Shown: positions 10,787 through 21,459, numbered from the stretch's first letter. The stretch: 64,000 nt of DNA from Paludibacterium purpuratum (GCF_004363805.1 NZ_SNZP01000001.1:356690-420689), one strand, 5' to 3'. Notes: generated by a model from the letters alone, not told the origin. Made by a program: numbers and translations.

Positions 10787-11302
10787 ATGGCAGAAGAGAA
10801 AAAAGCGGATAAGGGCGCTCCCGAAGAAAAGCCCCGCGGTGGCGGCAATAAGCTCATGATCATCGTCGCGCTGCTCCTGGTCGTCTTGATCGGCGGTGTC
10901 GGCGGCGTCGGCTATATGATGTTCTTCAGCCACAATTCTGCCGGCGGGCAAGCGCAAGCGGCGGCGCAACCCAAAAAATCCGACGCGCCTCCAGTCTTCT
11001 CCAAGCTCGATACTTTCGTCGTGAATCTGTCCGGGCAGGGCAGCGCGCTGTTGCAGGTCGACATGCAGGCCGAATTGACCGATGCCAGCGCGCAGGAGCG
11101 CTTGACCAGTTACATGCCCAAGGTGCGAAGCGCCGTGATCCTGCTTTTGTCGGCCAAGTCGGCCGAAGAGCTGGGTACCCCGGAAGGTAAGCTAAAATTA
11201 AAAAATCAGGTCAAGCAGGTGATCAACGGCGCCATGGATAGCGGCGGCGACGAGCCTGTGAAGAGCGTCTTGTTTACCTCTTTCATCATCCAGAACTCGT
11301 AG
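10787..11302 (+). CDS. fliL: Flagellar basal body-associated protein FliL
   Basis: 171 aa, single N-terminal TM helix, FliL family. Preceded by an AT-rich 90-nt intergenic region. Confidence 0.85.
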   Translation: MAEEKKADKGAPEEKPRGGGNKLMIIVALLLVVLIGGVGGVGYMMFFSHNSAGGQAQAAAQPKKSDAPPVFSKLDTFVVNLSGQGSALLQVDMQAELTDASAQERLTSYMPKVRSAVILLLSAKSAEELGTPEGKLKLKNQVKQVINGAMDSGGDEPVKSVLFTSFIIQNS

Positions 11303-11305
11303 GCT

Positions 11306-12319
11306 ATGGGCGACGAAATCCTGTCCCAGGAAGAGGTGGATGCCCTGCTTAGGGGCGTCACCGGCGAGAACGATGAGGACAACGGCGGCAGCGATTCGGA
11401 AGGTGTTCATAACTATGACATCGGCCGGCAGGAGCGTATTGTCCGCGGCCGTATGCCGACGCTCGAGATCATCAACGAGCGTTTCGCGCGCAACCTGCGC
11501 ATCGGCCTGTTCAACTTCATCCGCCGCAACGCCGAAATCTCGGTCGGACCGGTGCGGGTGCAGAAATACAGCGAATTTATTCGCAACCTGGTGGTGCCGA
11601 CCAATCTAAACCTGGTACACGTCAAACCCCTGCGCGGTACAGGCCTGCTGATTTTCGATCCGGACTTGGTGTTTCTGGTGGTCGACAATCTGTTCGGCAG
11701 CGACGGCCGCTATCATGTGCGGGTCGAGGGACGGGACTTTACCCCGACCGAGCAGCGTATAATCCGACGCCTGCTGGAAGTGGTGTTCAACGAATGCCAA
11801 AAGGCCTGGGAGCCGGTGTACCCGATCGAATTCGTCTACTTACGCTCGGAAATGAATACCCAGTTCGCCAACATCGCCACGCCGACGGAAGTCGTGGTGG
11901 CCATGACATTCCATATCGAACTGGGTGCGGGCGGCGGCGATTTCCACATCTGTCTGCCGTATTCGATGGTCGAGCCGATTCGAGACATCCTGTCGAGTAC
12001 CATGCAAGCCGACCGTACCGAGGTCGATAACCGCTGGATCACCCTGATGTCGCGCCAAGTGCAAGCGGCCGAGGTCGATCTGGTGGCGACGCTGGGTGCG
12101 ACCCAGGTGACGTTGGGACAGATTCTCACTCTGAAGCAGGGCGATGTGATCATGATGGACATTCAGGACAAGATCGTGGCCGATGTGTCTGGAATTCCAG
12201 TTTTCGATTGCAAGTACGGCACGCTGCAAGGCCACTATGCGTTGCGTGTCGAAACCGTGTTGGCTGGCGCGAATGAGTTCGCCGAGCCGCCGGCGGGAGG
12301 AAGCGAACACGATGACTGA
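11306..12319 (+). CDS. fliM: Flagellar motor switch protein FliM
   Basis: N-terminal LSQEEVDALL CheY-binding motif and the FliM core. Confidence 0.92.
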   Translation: MGDEILSQEEVDALLRGVTGENDEDNGGSDSEGVHNYDIGRQERIVRGRMPTLEIINERFARNLRIGLFNFIRRNAEISVGPVRVQKYSEFIRNLVVPTNLNLVHVKPLRGTGLLIFDPDLVFLVVDNLFGSDGRYHVRVEGRDFTPTEQRIIRRLLEVVFNECQKAWEPVYPIEFVYLRSEMNTQFANIATPTEVVVAMTFHIELGAGGGDFHICLPYSMVEPIRDILSSTMQADRTEVDNRWITLMSRQVQAAEVDLVATLGATQVTLGQILTLKQGDVIMMDIQDKIVADVSGIPVFDCKYGTLQGHYALRVETVLAGANEFAEPPAGGSEHDD

Positions 12320-12761
12320 TCAGCAAAATACCGGCGCGGGCGCCGAAGATGAAATCTCCATGGACGACTGGGCGGCCGCGATGGCCGAGCAGGAAGTCGC
12401 CGACGCCGCCGTCGCCGAGCCAGCGGCCCCCGACCCGCTGCCGGCCAACAACCTGTTCCAGGAGCTCAGCGGCGGGGCCGATAGTGGCGGCGGCGTACCC
12501 AGCAATCTGGACATGATTCTGGATATCCCGGTTCAACTGACCGTCGAGCTGGGGCGAACCAAAATCGCGATTCGCAATCTGCTGCAATTGGCGCAAGGCT
12601 CGGTGGTCGAACTCGACGGCCAGGCCGGCGAGCCGATGGACGTGCTAGTCAACGGCTGCCTGATTGCCCAAGGTGAAGTGGTGGTGGTCAACGATAAGTT
12701 CGGTATCCGCCTGACGGATATCATTACGCCGGCAGAGCGTATTCGCCGGCTTCAGAAATGA
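12312..12761 (+). CDS. fliN: Flagellar motor switch protein FliN
   Basis: C-terminal SpoA/FliN domain. The ATG at 12312 overlaps the fliM stop (ATGACTGA). The ORF-track start at 12183 is an in-frame N-extension inside fliM. Confidence 0.88.
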   Translation: MTDQQNTGAGAEDEISMDDWAAAMAEQEVADAAVAEPAAPDPLPANNLFQELSGGADSGGGVPSNLDMILDIPVQLTVELGRTKIAIRNLLQLAQGSVVELDGQAGEPMDVLVNGCLIAQGEVVVVNDKFGIRLTDIITPAERIRRLQK

Positions 12762-13186
12762 TCCGGCCCGCGCTCGCGCTTTGTTGGCTGCCCGGTGTCG
12801 CGCTCGCCGCCGACGGCGTAGCCGTTGCGCCGACTGGGCTACTCGGGCTGTTGCAGGTGATATTCGGTCTGGCTGTGGTGCTGGCGGTCATCGTCGGCTG
12901 CGCCTGGCTGTTTCGCCGCTTGTCGAGCGGCATGGTCGGCATGCCGCGTCATATGCGCGTGGTCAGTGCCGTCATGGTCGGTCAACGAGAACGGGTGGTG
13001 ATCGTCGAACTCGAAGAGCAATGGCTGGTACTGGGCGTCACGGCCCAGTCGATCAATCTGCTCGAGAGTCGGCCGCGCCCGGCCGGCACCGAGCTGCCGC
13101 CTGTGGCGGTAGCCGACCCGTTCGCCCGCTGGTTCAAGGCCGCGTTGCAACGTCAGCGGTCCGTTAAAGACGATAACAATCGATGA
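12758..13186 (+). CDS. fliO: Flagellar biosynthesis protein FliO
   Basis: 142-aa single-TM protein between fliN and fliP. Confidence 0.75.
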   Translation: MIRPALALCWLPGVALAADGVAVAPTGLLGLLQVIFGLAVVLAVIVGCAWLFRRLSSGMVGMPRHMRVVSAVMVGQRERVVIVELEEQWLVLGVTAQSINLLESRPRPAGTELPPVAVADPFARWFKAALQRQRSVKDDNNR

Positions 13187-13926
13187 AACGCTTTATTTTG
13201 CTTTTTGGGCTGCTTTGGGCCCTGATGCCGGTGGCGAGTCAGGCTGCCGGCTTGCCGATGATGACCAGCACCCCCGCCGCCGGCGGTGGGCAGAATTATT
13301 CGCTCAGCGTGCAGATGCTGCTGTTCATGACCGGGTTGACCTTCATTCCGGCCATGCTGCTGATGATGACCTCGTTCACGCGCATCATCATCGTACTGTC
13401 CCTGCTGCGCCAAGCCATGGGTACTACCACCACGCCGCCGAACCAGGTGGTGGTGGGGTTATCGCTGTTCCTGACGTTGTTTATCATGGGGCCGACGCTG
13501 GATCAGGTCTATGCCAACGCCTGGCAGCCGTTTTCGGCCGACAAGATCACCATGGATCAGGCGCTGGACGCGGCAAGCCGCCCGATGAAAACCTTCATGC
13601 TGCGCCAGACGCGCGAGAAGGATCTGCAGTTCTTCATCGATATCTCGCAGTCGCCGCGGCCGGCGACCAAGAACGACGTTTCGATGAAAACCCTGATCCC
13701 GGCCTATGTCATCAGCGAACTGAAGACCGCCTTCCAGATCGGCTTCATGGTTTATATCCCGTTTATGATCATCGACCTGGTGGTGGCCAGTATCTTGATG
13801 GCCATGGGGATGATGATGGTGTCGCCGGCGATGATATCCCTGCCATTCAAGCTGATGCTGTTCGTCCTGGTGGACGGCTGGACGCTGTTGATGGGGTCGC
13901 TGGTACAGAGTTTCTACACCGGCTAA
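13183..13926 (+). CDS. fliP: Flagellar type III export apparatus protein FliP
   Basis: Signal peptide plus conserved FliP membrane core. Confidence 0.92.
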   Translation: MKRFILLFGLLWALMPVASQAAGLPMMTSTPAAGGGQNYSLSVQMLLFMTGLTFIPAMLLMMTSFTRIIIVLSLLRQAMGTTTTPPNQVVVGLSLFLTLFIMGPTLDQVYANAWQPFSADKITMDQALDAASRPMKTFMLRQTREKDLQFFIDISQSPRPATKNDVSMKTLIPAYVISELKTAFQIGFMVYIPFMIIDLVVASILMAMGMMMVSPAMISLPFKLMLFVLVDGWTLLMGSLVQSFYTG

Positions 13927-13942
13927 GCACAGGGAGCCCGAC

Positions 13943-14212
13943 ATGACCCCGGAACTGGTCATCAACATCGTTCAAAACGCGTTGTATATGCTGATTCTGA
14001 TCAGTGCGCCGGTCCTTTTGGTGTCGCTGGTGGTCGGCCTGTTCGTCAGCATCATGCAGGCGGCGACGCAGATCAACGAAATGACCCTGACCTTCATCCC
14101 CAAGCTCCTGGCGCTGTTCATCACCCTGGTGCTGGCCGGGCCGTGGATGCTCAATACCCTGGTCGACTATACTGTGCGGTTGTTCAAGAGCATACCCAAC
14201 GTTATCGGCTGA
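13943..14212 (+). CDS. fliQ: Flagellar export apparatus protein FliQ
   Basis: 89 aa, two TM helices. Confidence 0.9.
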   Translation: MTPELVINIVQNALYMLILISAPVLLVSLVVGLFVSIMQAATQINEMTLTFIPKLLALFITLVLAGPWMLNTLVDYTVRLFKSIPNVIG

Positions 14213-14219
14213 CGCGCAC

Positions 14220-14999
14220 ATGGTGACTTTCAGCGATAACGAGATCAATGCCTTGCTTGGCCTGTTCGTCTGGCCGTTCGCGCGCATCACCGGCATCATG
14301 ATGGCCGATCCGTTTTATTCTTCGCGCAATGTGCCGCGAACCTATAAAGCGGGATTCGCCTTATTTCTGACCTTGCTCATCACGCCGGTGTTGCCGAAAT
14401 TCCCGCTGATTGCCCTGGTTTCCGCCGAAGGCGCTGTGACGTTGATCCAGCAAGTGCTAATCGGTATCGCCATCGGCTTCGTCATGCGGCTGGTGATGAG
14501 TGCGGTCGAACTTGCCGGTTTGATCATCGCCAACCAGATGGGGTTGGGTTTCGCCACCATGTTCGATCCGCAGAATGCGGCCCAGGTGCCGACTGTCGCC
14601 ACCTTGTTGTCGCTGTTCGTCACCCTGCTGTTTCTATCCTTCAACGGCCACCAGGTGATATTGGCGACGCTGATCGACAGCTTTCAGGTGATGCCGATCG
14701 GCAAGTCGATCCCCTGGCTGACCTGGCGCACGTTGGCCGAGTGGGGGAGCCACATTTTCTTCTGGGGGCTATGGCTTGCGCTGCCGGTGATTGCCGCGCT
14801 GCTGATGACCAACCTGGCCGTCGGTGTCATGACCCGTGCCGCGCCACAATTCAACATCATGTCCTTCGGCTTTCCGTTGACACTGGGTATCGGCTTCATC
14901 GCCCTCTATATTTCCCTGCCGATGATGGTGCCGATCGTCGAGCAGATGTACCAGCAGGGCTTTGCCTTCGCGCTGGCGATGTTCCGTGTGACCCACTAA
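14220..14999 (+). CDS. fliR: Flagellar export apparatus protein FliR
   Basis: 259-aa polytopic membrane protein after fliQ. Confidence 0.9.
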   Translation: MVTFSDNEINALLGLFVWPFARITGIMMADPFYSSRNVPRTYKAGFALFLTLLITPVLPKFPLIALVSAEGAVTLIQQVLIGIAIGFVMRLVMSAVELAGLIIANQMGLGFATMFDPQNAAQVPTVATLLSLFVTLLFLSFNGHQVILATLIDSFQVMPIGKSIPWLTWRTLAEWGSHIFFWGLWLALPVIAALLMTNLAVGVMTRAAPQFNIMSFGFPLTLGIGFIALYISLPMMVPIVEQMYQQGFAFALAMFRVTH

Positions 15000-15064
15000 C
15001 GACTGAACTTCCTGTAAATCATAACGGTCTACCGAAACCATTATTTTTTTCCGGATCGATTATC

Positions 15065-16024
15065 ATGCGTTTCCTTTCTGCATCGCTAGCGGCGGGACTG
15101 TGCCTGTCGCTGTCCGCCATCGCTGCCGTGGCGGCGCCGGTCAATTTCCTGTTTGCGAGTTCGGGCGATCTACCTCGATTGCATGACTTGCTAGCGCGCC
15201 CGGACATCGCCGGCGTTCAAGTGGTGTACAACTGGAAGGGCCTGGAGCAGGGCAAGGGCCAATACGACTTCTCGGCCATCGAAACCGATCTGGCCTATAC
15301 CGAGAAGCTGAACAAGAAGTTGTTCATCCAGATCCAGGACCGTTTCTTCGAACCCACCGCCAAAAACGTGCCGGCCTACCTGATGGACGACCCGGTATAC
15401 AAGGGCGGCATCGTGCCCCAGGTGGACAATCCAGGACAGGGCAAGGCGCCGGCCATGGGATGGGTGGCACAGCAATGGAACCCGGCGGTACAGCGGCGTT
15501 ACCAGGCGCTGCTCAAGGCGCTGGCGGCGCGGTTCGACGGCAAGGTGTATGGCGTCAACCTGCCGGAAACCGCCATCGACATCGACCAGAAGCACGACAA
15601 GACCGGCTTCAGCTGCGAGCGTTACTTCAATGCCGAGGTGCAGAACATGAGCGTGACGCGCAGCGCCTTCAAGAAGTCGCTGGTGGTGCAGTACGTCAAC
15701 TTCTGGCCGTGCGAATGGGATAACGATCACCGTTATATGTCGCGCCTGTTCACCTTCGCCGCCAACAATCGCATCGGCCTGGGCGGCCCGGACGTGGTGC
15801 CGTACCGCAAAGGCCAGATGAAGAATGCTTATCCGTTCTTCCACCGCTACAAAGGAAAACTGCCGGTGGTGGCGATGGCGATCCAGGAGCCGACGCTGAC
15901 CTATACCAATCCCGAAACGCACAAACCGTTCACCAAGGACGAAGTGGTCAACTTCGCCACCGATTATCTCGGTGCGGATCTGCTGTTCTGGACCCCGGAG
16001 GCGCCTTGGTTGAAACAGCCCTGA
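15065..16024 (+). CDS. Secreted hypothetical protein with a possible TIM-barrel glycoside-hydrolase-like fold
   Basis: Signal peptide MRFLSASLAAGLCLSLSAIAAVAAP. The region WKGLEQGKGQYDFSAIETDLAYTEKLNKKLFIQI resembles the first beta/alpha units of clan GH-A hydrolases. The ORF-track version from 14741 is an N-extension overlapping fliR. Confidence 0.55.
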   Translation: MRFLSASLAAGLCLSLSAIAAVAAPVNFLFASSGDLPRLHDLLARPDIAGVQVVYNWKGLEQGKGQYDFSAIETDLAYTEKLNKKLFIQIQDRFFEPTAKNVPAYLMDDPVYKGGIVPQVDNPGQGKAPAMGWVAQQWNPAVQRRYQALLKALAARFDGKVYGVNLPETAIDIDQKHDKTGFSCERYFNAEVQNMSVTRSAFKKSLVVQYVNFWPCEWDNDHRYMSRLFTFAANNRIGLGGPDVVPYRKGQMKNAYPFFHRYKGKLPVVAMAIQEPTLTYTNPETHKPFTKDEVVNFATDYLGADLLFWTPEAPWLKQP

Positions 16025-16193
16025 CGGATGGGCGGCGGCAGCCTGGGGGGATAGTGCGAAAATAACGCCAGACTGCTAGAATGCCCGCACGTTGCGGGGT
16101 GCTCGCGGCATATGCCGTCGGTGCCCGGGACGTTCCGGATTCAAACCGGGCCGCGGTCGGTAGATCGGCGGCCCTTCATGTGTTGAGGCGACT

Positions 16194-16922
16194 ATGGCAG
16201 GACATAGCAAGTGGGCGAATATCAAGCACAAGAAAGAGCGCGCCGATGCCAAGCGCGGCAAGATCTTTACGCGCCTGATCAAGGAAATCACTGTGGCGGC
16301 TCGCATGGGCGGCGGCGATGCCGACATCAATCCGCGTCTGCGCCTGGCGGTGGACAAGGCGCTTGACGCCAACATGCCCAAGGACAACATCCAGCGCGCC
16401 GTCGACCGAGGTAGCGGCAGTCTGGAAGGCGTCGATTACGTCGAAGTCCGCTACGAAGGCTACGGCATCGGTGGCGCGGCCGTGATGGTCGACTGCTTGA
16501 CCGACAACAAGACCCGCACCGTGGCCGACGTGCGCCATGCCTTCTCCAAGTACGGCGGCAACATGGGTACCGATGGCTGCGTGGCTTTCCAGTTCAAGCA
16601 TTGCGGCTATTTGGTATTCGCGCCGGGCGCGAACGAAGATGCCATCATGGAAGCGGCGCTGGAGGCCGGCGCAGAAGATGTGGTGAGCAACGACGACGGT
16701 TCGATCGAAGTGATCACCGGTCCATACGAGTTCAGCGACGTCAAGGCTAGGCTTGAGTCCGCCGGCTTCAAAGCCGAGATGGGCGAAGTGACCATGCGTC
16801 CGCAGAACGCGACCGAACTGGCGGGCGACGATGCCGCGCGCATGCAAAAGCTGCTCGATGCGTTGGAGGACCTGGACGACGTGCAGGAAGTGTATACCTC
16901 GGCCGAGTTCGACGAAGCGTAA
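16194..16922 (+). CDS. yebC: YebC/PmpR-family transcriptional regulator
   Basis: [14 protein letters not shown]… is the canonical YebC N-terminus; 242 aa. Confidence 0.92.
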   Translation: MAGHSKWANIKHKKERADAKRGKIFTRLIKEITVAARMGGGDADINPRLRLAVDKALDANMPKDNIQRAVDRGSGSLEGVDYVEVRYEGYGIGGAAVMVDCLTDNKTRTVADVRHAFSKYGGNMGTDGCVAFQFKHCGYLVFAPGANEDAIMEAALEAGAEDVVSNDDGSIEVITGPYEFSDVKARLESAGFKAEMGEVTMRPQNATELAGDDAARMQKLLDALEDLDDVQEVYTSAEFDEA

Positions 16923-16948
16923 CGCCATCGGTAAGTATGTGATATGAA

Positions 16949-16981
16949 ACGGCAGGCGTCAGTCCTGCCGTTTTGCTTTTT
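16949..16981 (+). terminator. Rho-independent terminator after yebC
   Basis: Stem ACGGCAGG/CCTGCCGT followed by a TTTTGCTTTTT run, 27 nt after the yebC stop. Confidence 0.6.
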
Positions 16982-17073
16982 GGGATATTGATTCGTCATC
17001 TCTGCTCGGTGCTCCACGCCAACTGCATAGAGGTGTACACTGCACCTCGTCTCAAGCTCGAAAGAACCCGATC

Positions 17074-18363
17074 ATGAAACAGATGCATGCAGAACGACGC
17101 GCTCGTCTGATGGCGCAAATCGGTTCCGGCGTCGTGGTGTTGGCCACCGCCCCCGAAGCTATTCGCAATGCCGATACCCACTATCCCTACCGTTCCGACA
17201 GCCACTTCTGGTACCTGACCGGCTTTGGCGAGCCCGGTGCCGTGCTGGTGCTCGACGCGACCAATAAAAAGAGCATTCTGTTCTGCCGCGAGAAGAACCC
17301 GGAACGCGAAGTGTGGGACGGTTTCCGTTATGGCCCGGAAGGCGCCAAGCAGGAATTCGACTTCGACGAGGCTTACGTGGTCGGCGAGCTGGATAGTCGC
17401 ATGCCCGATATTTTGGCCGGGCAGCCGAGCGTCCATTGGCCGGTCGGCCGTAACGCGGCGTTCGACGCCCGCGTGTCCGGCTGGCTGGATGAATTGCGCG
17501 CGCGCTTCCGCATCGGCGTCGAAGTGCCGGCGCATTTCGGCGACGTGCTGGCGCTCTTGGATGAAATGCGCATCGTCAAGGACGAGTACGAAATAGGCAT
17601 GCTGCGCCGCGCCGGCAAGCTGTCGGCCGAAGCGCATGTGCGCGCCATGCAGGCTACACGCCCAGGCATGAACGAATATCAGATCGAAGCCGAAATCCTG
17701 CACACCTTCATCAAGAACGGTGCGCGCTACCCATCCTACGAAAGCATTGTCGCCGGCGGCGCCAATGCCTGCACGCTGCACTATGTCGGCAACAATCAGC
17801 GTCTCAACGACGGTGAGTTGCTGCTGATCGACGCCGGTTGCGAACTCAATGGCTACGCCGGCGACATTACCCGCACCTTTCCGGTCAACGGCAAGTTCAG
17901 CGCCGCGCAGCGCGACGTCTACGAAATCGTGTTGGCCGCCGAGCTTGCCGCCATCGACACCCTGCGTCCGGGGGCGCGCTTCAACGCGCCGGGCGATGCC
18001 GCACTGCGCGTGTTGGCTCAGGGCATGATCGACCTGAAACTCCTCGCGGGCACTGTCGACGGCATCATCGAATCCGAAGCCTATCGCCAGTTCTACATGC
18101 ATGGCGTCGGCCATATGATCGGCCTGGACGTGCACGATGTCGGCAAGCGTAAGGTGGGTGGCGAGTGGCGCGAATTCAAACCCGGCATGTGCACCACCGT
18201 CGAACCGGGCCTGTACATCCGTCCGGCCGACAACGTGCCCGAAGCGCTGCGCAATATCGGCATCCGCATCGAGGACGACGTGCTGATTACGCATGAAGGC
18301 CGCGAGATCTATACCGCCGAAGTGCCCAAGCGCATCGACGATATCGAAGCGCTGATGGCTTGA
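17074..18363 (+). CDS. pepP: Xaa-Pro aminopeptidase
   Basis: M24B pita-bread fold motifs (HGVGHMIGLDVHD, EPGLY). Synteny pepP-ubiH-ubiI as in E. coli. Confidence 0.9.
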   Translation: MKQMHAERRARLMAQIGSGVVVLATAPEAIRNADTHYPYRSDSHFWYLTGFGEPGAVLVLDATNKKSILFCREKNPEREVWDGFRYGPEGAKQEFDFDEAYVVGELDSRMPDILAGQPSVHWPVGRNAAFDARVSGWLDELRARFRIGVEVPAHFGDVLALLDEMRIVKDEYEIGMLRRAGKLSAEAHVRAMQATRPGMNEYQIEAEILHTFIKNGARYPSYESIVAGGANACTLHYVGNNQRLNDGELLLIDAGCELNGYAGDITRTFPVNGKFSAAQRDVYEIVLAAELAAIDTLRPGARFNAPGDAALRVLAQGMIDLKLLAGTVDGIIESEAYRQFYMHGVGHMIGLDVHDVGKRKVGGEWREFKPGMCTTVEPGLYIRPADNVPEALRNIGIRIEDDVLITHEGREIYTAEVPKRIDDIEALMA

Positions 18364-18382
18364 TGCCGGGTCGACGCAGCTC

Positions 18383-19555
18383 ATGAGTATCGATGTTCTG
18401 CACGGCGATATTGCCGTGATCGGCGGTGGCCCGGCCGGCGCGTTGGCCGCCTTGCTGTTCGCCCGCCAGGGGCGGCGCGTGCTGTTGTTCGAAGCCAGGT
18501 CGGCCGGCGCCGCGATTCGCGACGCCCGGGCGCTGGCGTTATCGTCCGCCAGCCAGCGCCACCTTGCGGACGTCGGCGGCTGGCCGGTCGATCTGCCCGC
18601 CACCGCGATCGACACCGTCCACGTTTCGCAGCAGGGTTGTTGGGGCCGCACGGTGATCCGCGCCGCCGATGTCGGCTTGCCTCACTTGGGGCAGGTCGTC
18701 GACTACCCGGCGCTGACCGCGGCACTCGATGCGCAGTTGGCGGCATCCGGCGTCGAGGTGCTATGGGGCTGCCGCGTCGAGGCACTCGATGCCTTGTCCG
18801 GCTATGTCCGCCTTCGCTATCGGGATGGCGAGCGCGGCGGTGACGCCACCGCCCGGCTGGCCGTGCTGGCCGATGGCGGCGCCTTGATCGACCAACTGCC
18901 CGATATCAGCCGGCGCGAGCACGACTACCGGCAATCGGCGCTGCTGGCGCAAGTGCAATTCACCCACCCGCATGGCGGCGTGGCCTACGAACGATTCAGC
19001 CGTCAAGGCCCGCTGGCGCTGTTGCCGCACGGTGAGGATTGCATGTTGGTCTGGACCCGCGACACGGCCGATGCCGCGCGGCTTTGCGAAGGCCCGCCGG
19101 ATGCCTTGGCGGCCGCCTTGCAGCAAGCCCTCGGCGAACGGCTAGGTGCGGTGCGCTCGATCGGCGATGTCGCCAGCTTTCCGCTAAGGCTGCGACAAGC
19201 CAGCCGTGTGGTCGGCAACCGCGTGGCCTTGATCGGCAATGCCGCGCAGACGCTGCATCCTGTCGCGGCCCAGGGCTTGAACCTGGGTATCCGCGATGCC
19301 GTGTCGCTGGCGCGCCTGCTCGACGGCGCGGCGGATCCCGGCGAACGCACGCCGTTAGCGCGTTACGCCGCCGCTCGCAAGCTCGATACCCGCGCGGTCA
19401 TCGGCTTTACGCATGGATTGATGCAGTTGTTCGAGTCGCAAGCGCCGCTGGTCGGCGCCGCACGCGCGCTCGGCATGAACCTGCTCGATGTCTTGCCGCC
19501 ATTGCGTAGGCGCTTTGCCGGCCACCTGGTGTTCGGTGTAGGGGCCGGTTTATGA
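18383..19555 (+). CDS. ubiH: 2-octaprenyl-6-methoxyphenol hydroxylase (FAD-dependent)
   Basis: GxGxxG FAD-binding site DIAVIGGGPAGA. UbiH/UbiF/Coq6 family. Position after pepP. Confidence 0.8.
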   Translation: MSIDVLHGDIAVIGGGPAGALAALLFARQGRRVLLFEARSAGAAIRDARALALSSASQRHLADVGGWPVDLPATAIDTVHVSQQGCWGRTVIRAADVGLPHLGQVVDYPALTAALDAQLAASGVEVLWGCRVEALDALSGYVRLRYRDGERGGDATARLAVLADGGALIDQLPDISRREHDYRQSALLAQVQFTHPHGGVAYERFSRQGPLALLPHGEDCMLVWTRDTADAARLCEGPPDALAAALQQALGERLGAVRSIGDVASFPLRLRQASRVVGNRVALIGNAAQTLHPVAAQGLNLGIRDAVSLARLLDGAADPGERTPLARYAAARKLDTRAVIGFTHGLMQLFESQAPLVGAARALGMNLLDVLPPLRRRFAGHLVFGVGAGL

Positions 19556-20706
19556 GCGAGCAAACCTTCGATGTGATCGTCAGCGGAGGCGGTCTGGTCG
19601 GTGCCAGCCTGGCGCTGGCGCTGGCGAGGCAGGGGCGCGAGGTGGCACTGGTCGAGCCGAATCCGCCGGCGTTGGCCGGCCTGGAGGCGGGCTGGGACGC
19701 GCGCATCTACGCCGTCAGCCCACAGAACCAAGCATTCTTGGCAAGCTTGGCGGCCTGGCCCGGCGCCGAGCGTATCGGCCGCATCGCCAGCATGGATGTG
19801 CGCGGCGATCTCGACGGTCGCCTGGTCTTCAGTGCTGCCGAGATCGGCGCAACCGAACTGGCTAGCATTGCCGAAAACCGTTGGATGCTGGCATCCCTGT
19901 GGCAGGCGATCCGCCAGAGCGATATCGTCGTGATCGAAGGGCAACGGGCCCGACATTTCGACAGCGACGTCCGACAAGCCAAGCTGACGCTGGATGACGG
20001 CCGCATTCTCAAAGCCGCGCTGTTGGCCGGGGCCGACGGCGCCAACTCCTGGTTGCGGCGCGAGGCGGGTATTGCCGCCTCGGTCAAGTCCTATGGCCAG
20101 TCCGGCGTGGTCGCCAATTTTGCCTGCGAGCGGCCTCACGGCGAGTGCGCACGCCAGTGGTTTCTCGGCGATGGCGTACTGGCTTGGTTGCCACTGCCAG
20201 GGAACCGAATTTCCATGGTATGGTCAATGTCCGATTCCGCGCGTCTTTTGGCATTGGATGACGCCGCGCTGGCCGACACGGTGGCCCGTGCCGGTGGCGA
20301 GGCGCTTGGCGCATTGACCACCATGACGCCCGCCGCCGCATTTCCGTTACGCCTCATTCGGCCGGAGCATGTCGTTCGGCAGCGGCTGGCGCTATTGGGC
20401 GACGCGGCGCATACCGTGCATCCGCTAGCCGGGCAGGGCGTCAATCTGGGGTTCCAGGATGCGGCGATGTTGGCCGCATCGATCGGACGGCAAGGCGACC
20501 CCGGCGAATGGATACGCTTGCGGCGCTACGAACGCAGTCGCAGGGAAGCTGTGTTGACCATGCAGACAGCCTGCGACGGTCTATTCCGCCTGTTCCATCA
20601 ACCAGCGTTGCCCGGTCTGGCGCGGTTGCGCAATACCGGGTTGTCGCTCGTCAACCACCTTGGGCCGCTCAAGCGGCAGCTGGCCCGCGTTGCCGTGGGT
20701 TTTTAA
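19552..20706 (+). CDS. ubiI: FAD-dependent ubiquinone-biosynthesis monooxygenase, UbiI/VisC-like
   Basis: Second UbiH-family paralog (DVIVSGGGLVGASLALAL) translationally coupled to ubiH. Confidence 0.75.
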   Translation: MSEQTFDVIVSGGGLVGASLALALARQGREVALVEPNPPALAGLEAGWDARIYAVSPQNQAFLASLAAWPGAERIGRIASMDVRGDLDGRLVFSAAEIGATELASIAENRWMLASLWQAIRQSDIVVIEGQRARHFDSDVRQAKLTLDDGRILKAALLAGADGANSWLRREAGIAASVKSYGQSGVVANFACERPHGECARQWFLGDGVLAWLPLPGNRISMVWSMSDSARLLALDDAALADTVARAGGEALGALTTMTPAAAFPLRLIRPEHVVRQRLALLGDAAHTVHPLAGQGVNLGFQDAAMLAASIGRQGDPGEWIRLRRYERSRREAVLTMQTACDGLFRLFHQPALPGLARLRNTGLSLVNHLGPLKRQLARVAVGF

Positions 20707-20718
20707 ATAAGGACTGCA

Positions 20719-21459
20719 ATGAACAAAACCCTGATTCGCCTGGCACTGGCCGGGATTTTGCCGGCGCTCTTGTCTTGCGGCGCCAATGCCGACAACAGCG
20801 GCAATGCCACGCTCGTCGCGGTGAAGAAAGCCTTCGAACAGCGCTTTGCCGACCGCCAGGTGCTGGCCGTGCGAGCCACCCCGCTCAAGGGCATCTACGA
20901 AGTCGACGTGCAGGGTAACCAGATCGTCTATGTCGACCAGAAACTCAGTTATCTGTTCGTCGGCGATCTGATCGACGTCAAAAGCGGGCAAAGCCTGACC
21001 GAAGCGCGTCAGGCCGAACTCAACCATGTTGCCTGGGATTCCCTGCCGTTCGCCGACGCCTTCAAGGAAGTACGCGGCAACGGCGCGCGCAAACTGGCGG
21101 TGTTCACCGACCCGGATTGTCCGTACTGCAAGCAACTGGAGCAGGAGGGGCTGAAGGGGGTCGACAACGTCACCATCTACACCTTCCTGTTCCCGCTGAC
21201 CCAATTGCATCCGGATGCGATGCACAAGGCCAAGCAGATCTGGTGTTCTGCCGACCGGCTCAAGACCTGGCGCACCTGGATGGACACCGGCGTCAAGCCT
21301 GCGGGCAGCGACGCATGCGACACGCCGATCGAGCGTAACTTGGCGCTGGGCGAAAAGCTCGGGGTGACCGGCACGCCGGCACTGGTGTTCGGCAACGGCC
21401 GCCTAGTGGCTGGGGCGCTGGGCAAGGCGCAGCTGGAACAGTTGCTCGACGCCAAGTAA
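20719..21459 (+). CDS. dsbC: Thiol:disulfide interchange protein DsbC (periplasmic)
   Basis: Signal peptide, DsbC dimerisation N-domain and thioredoxin CPYC active site (TDPDCPYCKQLE). Confidence 0.88.
   Translation: MNKTLIRLALAGILPALLSCGANADNSGNATLVAVKKAFEQRFADRQVLAVRATPLKGIYEVDVQGNQIVYVDQKLSYLFVGDLIDVKSGQSLTEARQAELNHVAWDSLPFADAFKEVRGNGARKLAVFTDPDCPYCKQLEQEGLKGVDNVTIYTFLFPLTQLHPDAMHKAKQIWCSADRLKTWRTWMDTGVKPAGSDACDTPIERNLALGEKLGVTGTPALVFGNGRLVAGALGKAQLEQLLDAK

Noticed and set aside
9338-10969. 543-aa minus-strand ORF antisense to fliK and fliL
   Set aside because: Sits opposite the low-complexity fliK region. Arg/Gly-rich junk translation.
14741-16024. 427-aa version of the post-fliR gene starting inside fliR
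   Set aside because: The first ~100 codons overlap fliR in another frame. A signal-peptide-bearing start at 15065 gives a sensible secreted protein.
16996-18651. 551-aa minus-strand ORF antisense to pepP
   Set aside because: PepP homology on the + strand is unambiguous. The antisense frame is a GC-skew artefact.
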